Assembly: GCA_964370925.1 (NCBI GenBank)
Contig: CAYJLH010000004.1
Coordinates: forward strand, 3,167 to 67,166
Length of the DNA stretch: 64,000 bases
Origin: an uncultured Oscillospiraceae bacterium
Lineage (GTDB): Bacteria > Bacillota > Clostridia > Oscillospirales > Oscillospiraceae
Reading direction: 5' to 3'
Part shown: one piece after another, positions 45,710-56,089 of the stretch
Layout: each line of letters begins with the position of its first letter
Position numbering within the stretch: position 1 is the stretch's first letter
Made by a program: the position numbers and the translations under genes
Notes under the pieces: model-generated
Databases searched by the model: none
What the model was told of the DNA's origin: nothing
The model's input: only the letters and a program-made list of their open reading frames with translations

Positions 45710-47752
45710 ATGAAAAAAATAATTCCTATCATACTTGCACTTGTATTGGTAATTGGTTTCTTCGCATGTGATGACGAGGGCTACGAAGATTATGACGACG
45801 AATACGAGGCTTATAACGACAGAGACGATGAGAATGAAGACGATGAGGATGAGACATATTTCGACGACGACGAGGACGACGTTTATCGTGGAGACCACGA
45901 CCTTGAATGGGTTATGTACTGGTATCTCTGTGGTAGTGACCTCGAATCTTATTACGGCAGTGCATCTGATGATTTATTCGAAATGATGGATGTTGATTTA
46001 CCCGAAAATGTCGCAATTATTATTCAAACAGGCGGTGCTACTTCTTGGTACAACGATTTTGTTGACCCGAATTATTTAGAGCGTTACATCTACAGCAGTG
46101 ATGGCTTAGAATTAATCGAGCAAGCACCACTTGCAAACATGGGCGAAGCATCGACGCTCAGTGACTTTTTGAATTTTGCCGAAACAAACTACCCTGCAAA
46201 TCGCACTATGTTGAATTTCTGGAATCACGGCGGTGGTTCTTTAACAGGTGCAGCTTTTGATGAGCTATTCTACAACGACTCACTTACTTTAGGTGAGATG
46301 TACAGCTCACTTGAACAAGTTTACGGAGCAAATCCAGAAACTTATCCGCTTGATATTGTCGGTTTTGATACTTGTCTAATGGCAACGCTCTCAACCGCCA
46401 ATGCTTTTGCAAGCCACGCAAATTACTTGGTTGCTTCGCAAGAGCTCGAACCGGGAAATGGTTGGTATTACAGCGGAATTATGGATGCACTAGCTGAAAA
46501 TCCAACAATCAGCCCCAAAAATTTGGGGGTTGTCATTTGTGATACATATGTTGATGGTTGCGAATATTGGGATACAGATGACGAAATCACTCTGTCTGTC
46601 ACCGACCTTTCAAAGCTCCCAGAACTCATTGATGCTTATGAACGATTTGGAATTGAAGCATTTAGCTTTGCAATTGAAAATCCGGTTTTCTTTAACCACC
46701 TAGCTCAAACCGCAAAAGAATCCGAGAACTACGGCGGAAACACTCGTCAACAGGGTTACACAAACATGGTTGACCTTGGGCAGTTGGTTCTTAACACGCA
46801 AGATATGCTCCCCGAAAACTCACAGGCTGTTCTCGATGCATTGGACGAAGCTGTTGTTTACAAAGTCGACAGCATTTATCGCCCCGACGGCATGGGACTT
46901 TCAACTTATTACACCTATGACAAGGACATAGATAACCTCTATGCATTTATGGACGTAAACCCTGCTCCCGCCTTTAACTACTTATACCACTATGGACTCA
47001 CAGGGCATTTGGACGAAAATGGAGTTCAATACCTCAATGATTCATTAAATTACTACGAACCACTTCCGGTAATTAAAACGCTCAGCTCTGTTTCACAATG
47101 GGAGGGAATTATCCCCTATATTGACGACGAGGGCAGTGCAGTCATCGACCTCGGTCCTGAGGCTTACGACATTTTATCTTTCATAACTTTTGAATTATAT
47201 TATTCGCCTGTTGAGGACGATTTACTTCTGTCACTTGGCTCTGACAATGACATAAACGCAGACTGGGACAACGGAGTTTTTGCCGATAACTTCCGCGGCG
47301 TTTGGGGGCATTTAGACGGCGCTCTTTGCTATATGGATTTAGTTTATGAGGGTGACGACTTCAACGAATATTCCGTTCCTGTTTATTTAAATGGAGAAGA
47401 ATATAACCTAAATGTCATTTATGACTTTAACTATGAGGAATATATAATTCTAGGCGCAAGAAAACCACTTTCTGACCTTGGTGCAGCCGATAAAAACATG
47501 GTCGATTTGGAAGTTGGTAACACAGTGGATATCATAAGCTACGCAAGCTCTTTTGACCCTGATGAAGATTTCTATGCTGTTGTGACTGATAGCATAGTCG
47601 TCAGTGAATACACATCGTTCACCGAAGAATCACTACCTGATGGATATTATTTCCTAACTTTCCGCATGGAAGATGCCCAAGGAAACATATATTACTCAGA
47701 TATCGTGACATATGAGTCATATGAGGGTGAATGGTTCACTTATTACGAATAA
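45710..47752 (+). CDS. clostripain-family (C11) cysteine peptidase lipoprotein with polyacidic N-terminal region
   Basis: Lipobox GFFAC. ~45-aa Asp/Glu/Tyr-rich tract. Catalytic His/Cys contexts NFWNHGGG and VGFDTCLMA. Confidence 0.8.
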   Translation: MKKIIPIILALVLVIGFFACDDEGYEDYDDEYEAYNDRDDENEDDEDETYFDDDEDDVYRGDHDLEWVMYWYLCGSDLESYYGSASDDLFEMMDVDLPENVAIIIQTGGATSWYNDFVDPNYLERYIYSSDGLELIEQAPLANMGEASTLSDFLNFAETNYPANRTMLNFWNHGGGSLTGAAFDELFYNDSLTLGEMYSSLEQVYGANPETYPLDIVGFDTCLMATLSTANAFASHANYLVASQELEPGNGWYYSGIMDALAENPTISPKNLGVVICDTYVDGCEYWDTDDEITLSVTDLSKLPELIDAYERFGIEAFSFAIENPVFFNHLAQTAKESENYGGNTRQQGYTNMVDLGQLVLNTQDMLPENSQAVLDALDEAVVYKVDSIYRPDGMGLSTYYTYDKDIDNLYAFMDVNPAPAFNYLYHYGLTGHLDENGVQYLNDSLNYYEPLPVIKTLSSVSQWEGIIPYIDDEGSAVIDLGPEAYDILSFITFELYYSPVEDDLLLSLGSDNDINADWDNGVFADNFRGVWGHLDGALCYMDLVYEGDDFNEYSVPVYLNGEEYNLNVIYDFNYEEYIILGARKPLSDLGAADKNMVDLEVGNTVDIISYASSFDPDEDFYAVVTDSIVVSEYTSFTEESLPDGYYFLTFRMEDAQGNIYYSDIVTYESYEGEWFTYYE

Positions 47753-47818
47753 TCATAAAATCCCCCTTTACAATCACGTGACCATGTGATATAATCATAG
47801 CATAAAGGTGGTGAGGCA

Positions 47819-48346
47819 ATGATAAGACTGCCGGGAACGATTATCGAAACCGAAGAAAACAACGCAAGACAGGTTTTCACTTCCATTTTTTCAACGGGTG
47901 GTGTAACACTTTCACAGGTCTGCAATATAACCGAACTTGAAACATATGTCATTCAAAACTGGGTAAAGAGGGGATATATCGCGTCTCCTACGAACAAAAA
48001 GTATGATGTTAATCAGCTTTGTCGAATTATTATCGTCAATATTTTGAAAGATGTATTTTCAATTGAGCAAGTATGCGGAATTTTGGAAGCCGCTTCTCGT
48101 TGCCCCGATGTCGACGACAGTAAGCTTTATTTTCTGTTCGTGGATGTAGTCTTTTTTTCAAAATCAAGCATGTCTAATTTTGAAAATGCCATTGCTGAGA
48201 TAAAACCTAAGCTCGGTAACAGCAAGGCTTATGAAAAACACCTATGCGCAATTTTGAAAATTATGTTCACCGCTTATGTTTCAAAAAAGCACAAACAAGA
48301 TGCATTATCACAATACAAATCACTGGGAATTTCAGAGAAAGGGTGA
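47819..48346 (+). CDS. DUF1836-like protein (from memory)
   Basis: TLSQVCNITELETYVIQNWVKRGYIASPTNKKYDVNQLCRIIIVNILKDVFSIEQV matches my recollection of the family pattern. Confidence 0.45.
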   Translation: MIRLPGTIIETEENNARQVFTSIFSTGGVTLSQVCNITELETYVIQNWVKRGYIASPTNKKYDVNQLCRIIIVNILKDVFSIEQVCGILEAASRCPDVDDSKLYFLFVDVVFFSKSSMSNFENAIAEIKPKLGNSKAYEKHLCAILKIMFTAYVSKKHKQDALSQYKSLGISEKG

Positions 48347-48353
48347 GGAATTT

Positions 48354-48941
48354 ATGTTAGAATGGTGGAACAGTTTAAGTTTTATACAGCAGATTTTAGG
48401 CGCAGTCGCCATACCATCGACCGTTATTTTATTGATACAAACCATTGCCGTTGCAGCCTCAGGTTTTGATGGTGACGGAGATATAGACACAGTCGATGTA
48501 GACGATGTTGATGATATCTCAAGTTTTGACGCAGCAGGAGTACAAATTTTTACAATTCGTGGGTTTATAACTTTCTTCTGCATTTTCGGTTGGTCGGGCA
48601 TTTGGCTTTTAGGAACTGACCTTGGCACAGTAATTTCATTTTTTGTCGCTTTTCTCCTCGGCGCTTCGGCGATGATGGGAACAGCTTATCTTGTGAAATT
48701 TTTTCTCACTCTCCAAGACAAGGGAAACCAGAATATCAATGACGCGCTTGGCTCAAGCGGAACTGTCTACATAAATGTACCGAAAGACCGCAACGGGCTT
48801 GGAAAAGTAACCGCCATTGTTTCTGGTCGATTGTCAGAGTTTGACGCCATGACAGACGACGAAGAAGACCTGAAAACAGGCGCATCTGTGACTATAATTT
48901 CAATAACCGAGCCAAATATTTTGATAGTCACAAAAAAATAG
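48354..48941 (+). CDS. NfeD-like membrane protein
   Basis: ATG 48354 after GGGTGAGGA. TM segments and a C-terminal OB-like tail (GLGKVTAIVSGRLSEFDAMT). Immediately upstream of flotillin. Confidence 0.7.
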   Translation: MLEWWNSLSFIQQILGAVAIPSTVILLIQTIAVAASGFDGDGDIDTVDVDDVDDISSFDAAGVQIFTIRGFITFFCIFGWSGIWLLGTDLGTVISFFVAFLLGASAMMGTAYLVKFFLTLQDKGNQNINDALGSSGTVYINVPKDRNGLGKVTAIVSGRLSEFDAMTDDEEDLKTGASVTIISITEPNILIVTKK

Positions 48942-48989
48942 TTTATTCCAATTTGGTTTAAAAAATATATATTTGAAGGAGTGTATCTT

Positions 48990-50444
48990 ATGCCATTAGA
49001 AGTATTAATCCTAATCGTTGTAGTCGTTGTGCTCATCTTTTCACTGCTCATAGTTTTACTGACAAGATACCGAAAATGCCCATCCGACAAAATCATGGTC
49101 ATCTACGGTAAAGTTGGTCAAAACAAAGACGGCTCGGCAAGAAGCGCCAGATGTATTCATGGTGGTGCGGCATTTATCGTGCCTGTCATCCAATCGTATG
49201 AATACCTAGACCTAACTCCCCTATCTATCCCTGTCGACCTTAGAAACGCACTTTCAAGGCAGAACATACGTATAGACGTACCCAGTAGATTTACTGTCGG
49301 TATTTCAACAGAACATGGCGTTATGCAAAACGCAGCCGAAAGACTTTTGGGTCTTAAATTACCTGAAATTCAAGAGCTTGCAAAGGACATTATCTTCGGT
49401 CAATTAAGACTTATCATCGCAACTATGGATATCGAGGAAATTAACACAGACCGTGATAAATTCCTTGCTGCTGTCTCGAATAACGTCGAAACTGAGCTTA
49501 AGAAAATTGGTCTTAGACTGATTAACGTCAACGTAACTGACATCACTGATGAATCAGGATATATCTTGGCTCTTGGTAAAGAAGCCGCTGCAAAAGCGAT
49601 AAATGACGCTAAAAAATCTGTTGCAGAAAAAGAGCGTGATGGTGCTATCGGTCAAGCAATTGCCGAAACCGACCAACGTGTTAAAGTTTCTGACGCCGAG
49701 GCTCAGGCGATTAGTGGTGAAAACGATGCACAAGTTGCAATTTCACTCAGCCACGCCCAACGTCGTGAAAAAGAAGCGGAAGCTCTTAAAATCGCTACCA
49801 GTGCCGAAAAAATCCAAGCCGCTAAAGCACTTGAAGATGCTTATGCTGCTGAAAAAGAAGCCGAAGCTGCTCGTTTCGCAAGAGAGCAAGCGACACTCGA
49901 AGCCGATGTTATCGTTAAAGCTCAAATCGCAAAACGTAAGCTTGAACTAGAAGCGGAAGCAAAAGCGGAAGAAACTCGCCGACATGCAAAGGGTGAAGCT
50001 GACGCTATATTCATGAAAATGGAAGCCGAAGCTCGTGGTATCGAAGAAATTCTAACCCGTCAGGCGAAAGGTCTTGCAGAGATTGTCAGAGCCGCCGGCG
50101 GAGATGCGAACAGCGCATTAAAGCTTATGCTTACTGACAAAATGGAAGAGCTACTTCGTATTCAAGTTGACTCTATCAAGAATATCAAGTTCGATAAAAT
50201 CACTGTTTGGGATGGTGGCAACGGAACTGCCGACGGCAAAACTTCAACCGCAAATTTCCTCTCCGGTCTTATGAAGAGCATCCCCCCTATTAACGACATG
50301 TTTGATATGGCTGGAATGAAGCTACCCGAATATCTCGGAAAAAATGCCGGTGATATTTCTGACATTGAGGACTTGATAAGCCAGAAATTGTCTGCTCAAA
50401 TACCAGTCCCCGTTCAGGCTGTGGAAGTGGAAGAAGAGGCATAA
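48990..50444 (+). CDS. flotillin-like SPFH/Band-7 protein
   Basis: N-terminal TM, SPFH core, long Ala/Glu-rich coiled coil (EAEALKIATSAEKIQAAKALEDAYAAEKEAEAAR). ATG 48990 is 8 nt after GAAGGAG. Confidence 0.85.
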   Translation: MPLEVLILIVVVVVLIFSLLIVLLTRYRKCPSDKIMVIYGKVGQNKDGSARSARCIHGGAAFIVPVIQSYEYLDLTPLSIPVDLRNALSRQNIRIDVPSRFTVGISTEHGVMQNAAERLLGLKLPEIQELAKDIIFGQLRLIIATMDIEEINTDRDKFLAAVSNNVETELKKIGLRLINVNVTDITDESGYILALGKEAAAKAINDAKKSVAEKERDGAIGQAIAETDQRVKVSDAEAQAISGENDAQVAISLSHAQRREKEAEALKIATSAEKIQAAKALEDAYAAEKEAEAARFAREQATLEADVIVKAQIAKRKLELEAEAKAEETRRHAKGEADAIFMKMEAEARGIEEILTRQAKGLAEIVRAAGGDANSALKLMLTDKMEELLRIQVDSIKNIKFDKITVWDGGNGTADGKTSTANFLSGLMKSIPPINDMFDMAGMKLPEYLGKNAGDISDIEDLISQKLSAQIPVPVQAVEVEEEA

Positions 50445-50472
50445 ATTAAACAAAAAAATTGTTTTGTTTAAT
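50445..50472 (+). terminator. AT-rich hairpin after the flotillin gene
   Basis: ATTAAACAAAA-6 nt-TTTTGTTTAAT. Confidence 0.5.
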
Positions 50473-50498
50473 TTATAATAAGAAATGAACTAAAATTC

Positions 50499-50560
50499 AA
50501 AAACACCGTAATTCAGATGGCAGAGTTTTTAATTAAATTTTGCAATTACGGTGTTTTTTT
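50499..50560 (+). terminator. second terminator-like hairpin (15-bp stem, 30-nt loop)
   Basis: AAAAACACCGTAATT...AATTACGGTGTTTTT plus T-run. Confidence 0.6.
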
Positions 50561-50618
50561 ACTTTCAATATTCAATTTTGGGTTAAACTATGCTATAGTA
50601 ATATTATTAAACTAACAG

Positions 50619-52394
50619 ATGAGTAAAGGAATGGTCATATTTATGTCAAATTGGAACTTAGATGCACTCTATAAAGGATACGACAGCGCAGAATTTTTGG
50701 CTGACTTCAAAAGCTTACCTAAGCTAATCAATATGCTTGACGAGTTCACAGCGAAAAACAAGGAGCTAAGTGTTAAAACTTGTGATGAACTTCTCGAACT
50801 TTTGATGAAATTCGAGGTACTCGCCAGCAAATTACAAAGCTACATTTTCCTAAATTCCGCTACTGATACCACCGACGCCGTCACAATAGGATATCGCACT
50901 AAAATAGGTGTTATTTTGTCAAAATCCGCAAAAAGTATGAGTATAATAAAGAAATTACTCACAAATATCGACCTTGAAGCTTTCGAAAAAGAGAGTAAAT
51001 TAATAGCTGAACACCACTTCATGATAAGCGAAATTAAGGAAACAGGCAAATATTTGCTTAGCGATGAAGTCGAAGAAGTTATCAGCAAAATGCAACTTAA
51101 TGCCGCCGAAGCGTGGAGCAACTTACAAGAATATTTGACCTCAACTGTTAAAGTTGACTACGACGGCAAGGAAGTGACACTTTCAGAAATCCGAAATTTA
51201 GCCTACAGCAGTGATGCCTCTGTCCGCAAATCCGCCTACGAGGCCGAGATTTCCGCTTACGAAAAAATCAAAGATGCGACTGCATTTTCACTTAACAGCA
51301 TTAAGGGGCAGGCTGATATGCTCGCCGAGCTTCGTGGCTATAAATCTGTTCTTGATATGACCCTGATTGACTCTCGCATGAGCGAAGAAACGCTAAAATC
51401 TATGTTTAGTGCGATTAAAAAATATCTTCCGAAATTTCATGAGTATCTAGCGCATAAGGCTACTTTACTCGGACACAAAAACGGACTCCCCTTCTACGAT
51501 TTATTCGCGGAAATGAAGTCCGAAAACCCTCAAAAATTCACAATAGAAGAGGCAAAAGACTATTTAGTCAAGAATTTTGCGAGCTTCTCCCCTGCTGTCA
51601 GTGATTTAGTCATAGAGGCATATGAAAATGACTGGATAGATTTTTACCCTCAAAAAGGAAAAGTCGGTGGCGCTTTTTGTGATAATTTACCCTATATAAA
51701 ACAGAGCCGAATTTTACTAAATTTCGACGGTTCTATGTCGGATATTGTCACATTGGCGCATGAATTGGGACACGCTTATCACGGAAAATGCATAGAAAAC
51801 GAGTCTGCTTTAAACACAAATTACACCATGCCCGTTGCCGAAACTGCCTCAACTTTCAACGAAACTATCATCATGAATGCTGCGATAGCGGATGCAAAAA
51901 GCAAAGACGAAAAAGCCATGCTTATCGAGACTATGCTACAGGATTTCACACAGGTTATATGCGATATTTACTCACGATTCATCTTCGAAAGTGAAGTTGT
52001 AGACCGCAGAAAAACCGAATTTTTGCAAAGTTCTGACCTGTGCTCTATTATGATTAATGCACAAAAAGAAGCCTATGGAAAGGGTCTTGACGAGAATTTC
52101 TTGCATCCGTATATGTGGGTTAATAAAGGTCACTATTATATTGCCGGCTTGAATTTTTATAATTTCCCCTATGCATTTGGCGCACTTTTTGCAAAAGGTT
52201 TGTTTGCTCAATTCAAAAAAGAGCCACAGATTTTTGTTGAAAAATACGATAAACTTCTAAATGCAACCGTCACCGCAACTTGTGAAGATGTCGCAAAAAT
52301 GGCTGATATTGATATCACTAAAGAGGATTTTTGGCTGGATTCATTGGAGCTTATGTGCGAATATATAGATGAATTTATTAAACTTACAAGTTAA
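50619..52394 (+). CDS. pepF: oligoendopeptidase F family (M3B) metallopeptidase
   Basis: HELGHAYH zinc motif, ~590 aa. The start could be ATG 50619, 50631 or 50643. Confidence 0.85.
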   Translation: MSKGMVIFMSNWNLDALYKGYDSAEFLADFKSLPKLINMLDEFTAKNKELSVKTCDELLELLMKFEVLASKLQSYIFLNSATDTTDAVTIGYRTKIGVILSKSAKSMSIIKKLLTNIDLEAFEKESKLIAEHHFMISEIKETGKYLLSDEVEEVISKMQLNAAEAWSNLQEYLTSTVKVDYDGKEVTLSEIRNLAYSSDASVRKSAYEAEISAYEKIKDATAFSLNSIKGQADMLAELRGYKSVLDMTLIDSRMSEETLKSMFSAIKKYLPKFHEYLAHKATLLGHKNGLPFYDLFAEMKSENPQKFTIEEAKDYLVKNFASFSPAVSDLVIEAYENDWIDFYPQKGKVGGAFCDNLPYIKQSRILLNFDGSMSDIVTLAHELGHAYHGKCIENESALNTNYTMPVAETASTFNETIIMNAAIADAKSKDEKAMLIETMLQDFTQVICDIYSRFIFESEVVDRRKTEFLQSSDLCSIMINAQKEAYGKGLDENFLHPYMWVNKGHYYIAGLNFYNFPYAFGALFAKGLFAQFKKEPQIFVEKYDKLLNATVTATCEDVAKMADIDITKEDFWLDSLELMCEYIDEFIKLTS

Positions 52395-52401
52395 TGAAAA
52401 T

Positions 52402-52431
52402 AAAAAAATCCGCCTCACGGCGGATTTTTTT
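52402..52431. terminator. bidirectional terminator
   Basis: AAAAAAATCCGCC-tcac-GGCGGATTTTTTT. Confidence 0.85.
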
Positions 52432-52438
52432 ATAAGAT

Positions 52439-54061
52439 TTAGCCAACAGTGCTGACTTTTTCACGTACTGAAAGTACAGAAGTCGGTGTAACTGATAGCT
52501 CGTCAATTCCAATTCTGCAGAAGAACTCAGTTAGTTCTAAATCTGCACCAAGCTCACCACAAATACCAATCATGATACCGTTATCGTGAGCATTTTTTGC
52601 TGCTGTTTCGATTAGACGCAAAATAGCATCGTGGTGGATATCGCAGAACTGTTCAATGCTCTCATTTTGACGGTCAACAGCCATTGTGTATTGTGTCAAG
52701 TCGTTTGTTCCTACGCTGAAGAAGTCAACTTCTTTTGCAAGTAGGTCAGAAATAATCGCAGCAGCTGGAGTTTCAATCATAATTCCAACTGGAACTTCAA
52801 GTTTGAATTCAACTTTTTCTGCAATTAGTTCTCTCTTAACTTCTTCTAGGATTTCTTTTGCCTTACGTACTTCCCATACAGATGTTACCATAGGTAGCAT
52901 GATGTAGATATTTCCGTGTGTAGCCGCTCTCAAAAGTGCTCTAAGTTGAGTTTTGAAAATTTCTGGCTTTGTTAGGCAAATTCTAAGCGCACGAAGACCC
53001 ATAGCTGGATTTTCTTCGATTGGTAGGTTGAAATATGATGCTTGTTTATCAGCACCAATGTCAAGTGTACGGATGATGACGGGTTTGCCATTCATTTTCT
53101 TTGCAACTGCGCTGTATGCACTGTATTGCTCTTCCTCTGTGGGATAGTCATTGCTCTCAAGGTATAGGAATTCACTTCTGAATAGACCAATACCCTCTGC
53201 GCCGTTTTCAAGAACTGCATCAACGTCAGCAACACAACCGATATTTGCATAAACACCCATGTGTCTGCCTGATTTTGTTACTGTTTCTTTGTCTTTAAAC
53301 TTTAGAAGTCTGTCTTGCTCTTCTTCAAGTTTCTTTTTCTTTGCCATTTTGTCGGCTAGAATTGCCTCATCAGGCTCAACAATAACTTCACCTGTTTCAC
53401 CATCTAGGACTATCATTTTTCCGTCATATTCTTCAAGTAGACTTTCACCTAGACCGATAACAGCAGGAATTCCCAATGTTCTTGAGAAAATCGCTGTGTG
53501 TGAATTTTTACTACCCATTGCTGTCGCAATGCCGAGAACTCTTTCACGATCAAATTGAGCGGTTTCACTTGGAGTAAAGTCGTCACCAGCATAGATTGAT
53601 GGCTCTGAGTATGAAGCCTTGTCCATAGCAACACCCATCAAAATTTCAATAACTCTGCGTGAAACGTCGAAAACGTCAACCGCACGAGCTTTCATATATT
53701 CATCTTCCATCTCAGCAAACATAGAAGAAAATTGCTTTGCAACTTCGCTAACCGCATATTCTGCGTTTGACTTATTATCTTTTATGTAATCCACAATTGT
53801 GTCGTGGTAATCTAAGTCCTCGAGCATCATTTGGTGAATTTCAAATAGCAGTGAGTTTTGTTGTCCGAGTTTTGCAGCAGTTTCAACCGCAAGATGTCCC
53901 AGTTGAGTTATTGCTAGGCTTCTTGCTTTTTCAAAGCGGTCTACTTCCGCCTCTACGTCTGCAACCTCTGTAAAACTGACTTCTAGTGCCTTTTGTCCGC
54001 AGAAATTTATTTTTCCGATTGCTATACCCTTTGATACGCCTGTTCCCTGTAGCTTAATCAT
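52439..54061 (-). CDS. ptsI: phosphoenolpyruvate-protein phosphotransferase (PTS enzyme I)
   Basis: 540 aa. Phospho-His region GSKNSHTAIFSRTLGIPAV. C-terminal PEP-utilising motif (SVGTNDLTQY). Confidence 0.95.
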   Translation of the reverse strand: MIKLQGTGVSKGIAIGKINFCGQKALEVSFTEVADVEAEVDRFEKARSLAITQLGHLAVETAAKLGQQNSLLFEIHQMMLEDLDYHDTIVDYIKDNKSNAEYAVSEVAKQFSSMFAEMEDEYMKARAVDVFDVSRRVIEILMGVAMDKASYSEPSIYAGDDFTPSETAQFDRERVLGIATAMGSKNSHTAIFSRTLGIPAVIGLGESLLEEYDGKMIVLDGETGEVIVEPDEAILADKMAKKKKLEEEQDRLLKFKDKETVTKSGRHMGVYANIGCVADVDAVLENGAEGIGLFRSEFLYLESNDYPTEEEQYSAYSAVAKKMNGKPVIIRTLDIGADKQASYFNLPIEENPAMGLRALRICLTKPEIFKTQLRALLRAATHGNIYIMLPMVTSVWEVRKAKEILEEVKRELIAEKVEFKLEVPVGIMIETPAAAIISDLLAKEVDFFSVGTNDLTQYTMAVDRQNESIEQFCDIHHDAILRLIETAAKNAHDNGIMIGICGELGADLELTEFFCRIGIDELSVTPTSVLSVREKVSTVG

Positions 54062-54079
54062 TAATATTCCTCCAAGATT

Positions 54080-55027
54080 TTATTTTTTCTCCATGAAATC
54101 CTTAATTTTTGCATAGATGCCATCTGCATCCAAACCATATTTTTTGATAAGTTCTGCCGCTGGGCCAGACTCGCCAAATACATCATTGATACCGATTTTC
54201 AAAACTTTTGTCGGTGCATTTTCGGATAGTGTATCACAAACTGCACTTCCAAGTCCGCCAATAACGGAATGCTCTTCAATAGTAACAACTCTGCCTGTTT
54301 CTTTCGCAGCAGAAATGATTAGTTCTTCATCTAGGGGCTTAATTGTGTGTATATTTATAACTTTTGCTTCGATTCCCTCTTGCGCCAATCTTTCGGCAAC
54401 AACCAATGTTTCGGATACGGGCAGACCTGTAGCAACCAAAGTTATGTCTTTACCCTCACGCAAAACGATTCCTTTTCCGATTTCGAACTTGTAATCGGGT
54501 TTATCATTGATAACAGGAACAGGCATTCTTCCAAAACGTAGATACACAGGGCCATAATGCTCATAAGCTGCTTCAACTGCTGCTTTTGCCTCTACATCGT
54601 CTGATGGATTTAAAACAACCATTCCGGGAATTGTTCTCATAAGCGCAAGGTCTTCGTTGCATTGGTGAGTTGCACCGTCTTCACCAACAGAAATTCCGGC
54701 ATGAGTTGCGCCGATTTTTACATTTAATTTTGGGTAGCCAACAGAGTTTCTAACTTGCTCGAAAGCTCTTCCAGCTGCAAACATAGCAAATGAGCTTGCA
54801 AATGCAACTTTTCCTGTTGCTGCAAGACCTGCTGCTACGCCAACCATGTTAGATTCTGCAATACCGCAGTTTATGTGTCTTTCAGGGAATGCCTTTTTGA
54901 AAACACCTGTTTTTGTTGCACCGGCTAAGTCAGAATCAAGCACAACAACATTGTCATATTTCTCGCCTAAAGTAACCAAAGCGTTACCATAGCTATCTCT
55001 AGTTGCAATCTTTTTTACTTCTGACAT
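54080..55027 (-). CDS. transketolase, C-terminal subunit
   Basis: 315 aa, pyrimidine-binding and C-terminal domains (GIAESNMVGVAAGLA). Overlaps the N-terminal subunit gene. Confidence 0.93.
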   Translation of the reverse strand: MSEVKKIATRDSYGNALVTLGEKYDNVVVLDSDLAGATKTGVFKKAFPERHINCGIAESNMVGVAAGLAATGKVAFASSFAMFAAGRAFEQVRNSVGYPKLNVKIGATHAGISVGEDGATHQCNEDLALMRTIPGMVVLNPSDDVEAKAAVEAAYEHYGPVYLRFGRMPVPVINDKPDYKFEIGKGIVLREGKDITLVATGLPVSETLVVAERLAQEGIEAKVINIHTIKPLDEELIISAAKETGRVVTIEEHSVIGGLGSAVCDTLSENAPTKVLKIGINDVFGESGPAAELIKKYGLDADGIYAKIKDFMEKK

Positions 55028-55851
55028 ATAGCTTCACCAACCTTTTCTAATTCTGCCATTGCAATTTCAAATTCCTCAGCATTAGGAGCTTTACCATGCC
55101 AACCAGCGTTGTTTTCCATAAAGCTGATGCTTTTTCCTTTAACGGTTTTTGCAATGATTGCTGTGGGTTTTCCTTTAATCGTCTTTGCTTCGTCAAATGC
55201 AGCTTGCAATTCTTCGAAATTATGACCATCGACATTAATAACATGAAAATTGAAAGCTTCAAATTTCTTGTCAATTGGATATGGTGAGTTGACATCGCAA
55301 ACAGCACCGTCGATTTGCAAGTTGTTATTGTCAACAATAACGACTAGATTATCTAGGTTTCTGTGTCCTGCAAGCATAGAAGCTTCCCAAACTTGACCCT
55401 CTTGAAGTTCACCATCGCCGACCAATGTGTAAACTCTGTAATCATCATTTGATAGCTTAGCGGAAATCGCCATTCCAACAGCAGTCGAAATACCTTGTCC
55501 CAGTGAACCTGAGGACATGTCAACTCCTGGAATATTTTTCATATCGGGATGTCCTTGAAGATAAGAGCCCACCTTACGTAGTGTTGCTAAATCCTCAACA
55601 GGGAAAAATCCTCTGTGCGCAAGCGCTGAGTAATAACCCGGCGCTGTGTGTCCTTTTGAAAGAACAAAGCGATCACGCTTCTCCATTTTGGGGTTTTTAG
55701 GGTCGATGTTTAGTTCTTTGAAGAAAAGATATGTATATATCTCTGTTGCAGACAAAGAACCACCGGGATGACCTGATTTTGCATTGAAAACAGCAGTTAG
55801 AATACCTTTTCTAACTTCGTTTGCCATCTTCTTAAGTTCTAATAAATTCAT
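55015..55851 (-). CDS. transketolase, N-terminal (TPP-binding) subunit
   Basis: GHPGGSLS, GDGELQEG motifs. ATG 55851 is 5-6 nt after GAAGGAG. Confidence 0.93.
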   Translation of the reverse strand: MNLLELKKMANEVRKGILTAVFNAKSGHPGGSLSATEIYTYLFFKELNIDPKNPKMEKRDRFVLSKGHTAPGYYSALAHRGFFPVEDLATLRKVGSYLQGHPDMKNIPGVDMSSGSLGQGISTAVGMAISAKLSNDDYRVYTLVGDGELQEGQVWEASMLAGHRNLDNLVVIVDNNNLQIDGAVCDVNSPYPIDKKFEAFNFHVINVDGHNFEELQAAFDEAKTIKGKPTAIIAKTVKGKSISFMENNAGWHGKAPNAEEFEIAMAELEKVGEAICQK

Positions 55852-56089
55852 GTACGCTCCTTCACTCATCAATAGTTTTTGACAAATTTTTACTCAAATA
55901 AGTTTAGCTAATAACATTTTTACATTGTATCATTTTTCTTGCTTTCAGTCACTACTTTTTCAAAATTTTTTTTGCAAATTATCATACAAATAAAATCATT
56001 TTTTTGTAACATTTGTCAATTTCTTAGCGAATGTTCATAAAAAATGACTGATATGATAATTACCTAAATTATCCTAAAAACTTATATCC

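Noticed and set aside
45686-45898. 70-aa highly hydrophobic minus-strand ORF (MVSTINVVLVVVEICLILIVF...)
   Set aside because: It is the antisense reading of the GAT/GAC/GAA-rich polyacidic tract of the C11 peptidase gene. It also overlaps that gene's promoter and start.
50499-50560. 15-bp stem with 30-nt loop upstream of pepF as a riboswitch or sRNA
   Set aside because: It is flanked by an A-run and a T-run, like a bidirectional terminator. It lies upstream of the likely pepF promoter, and the loop has no recognisable conserved motif.
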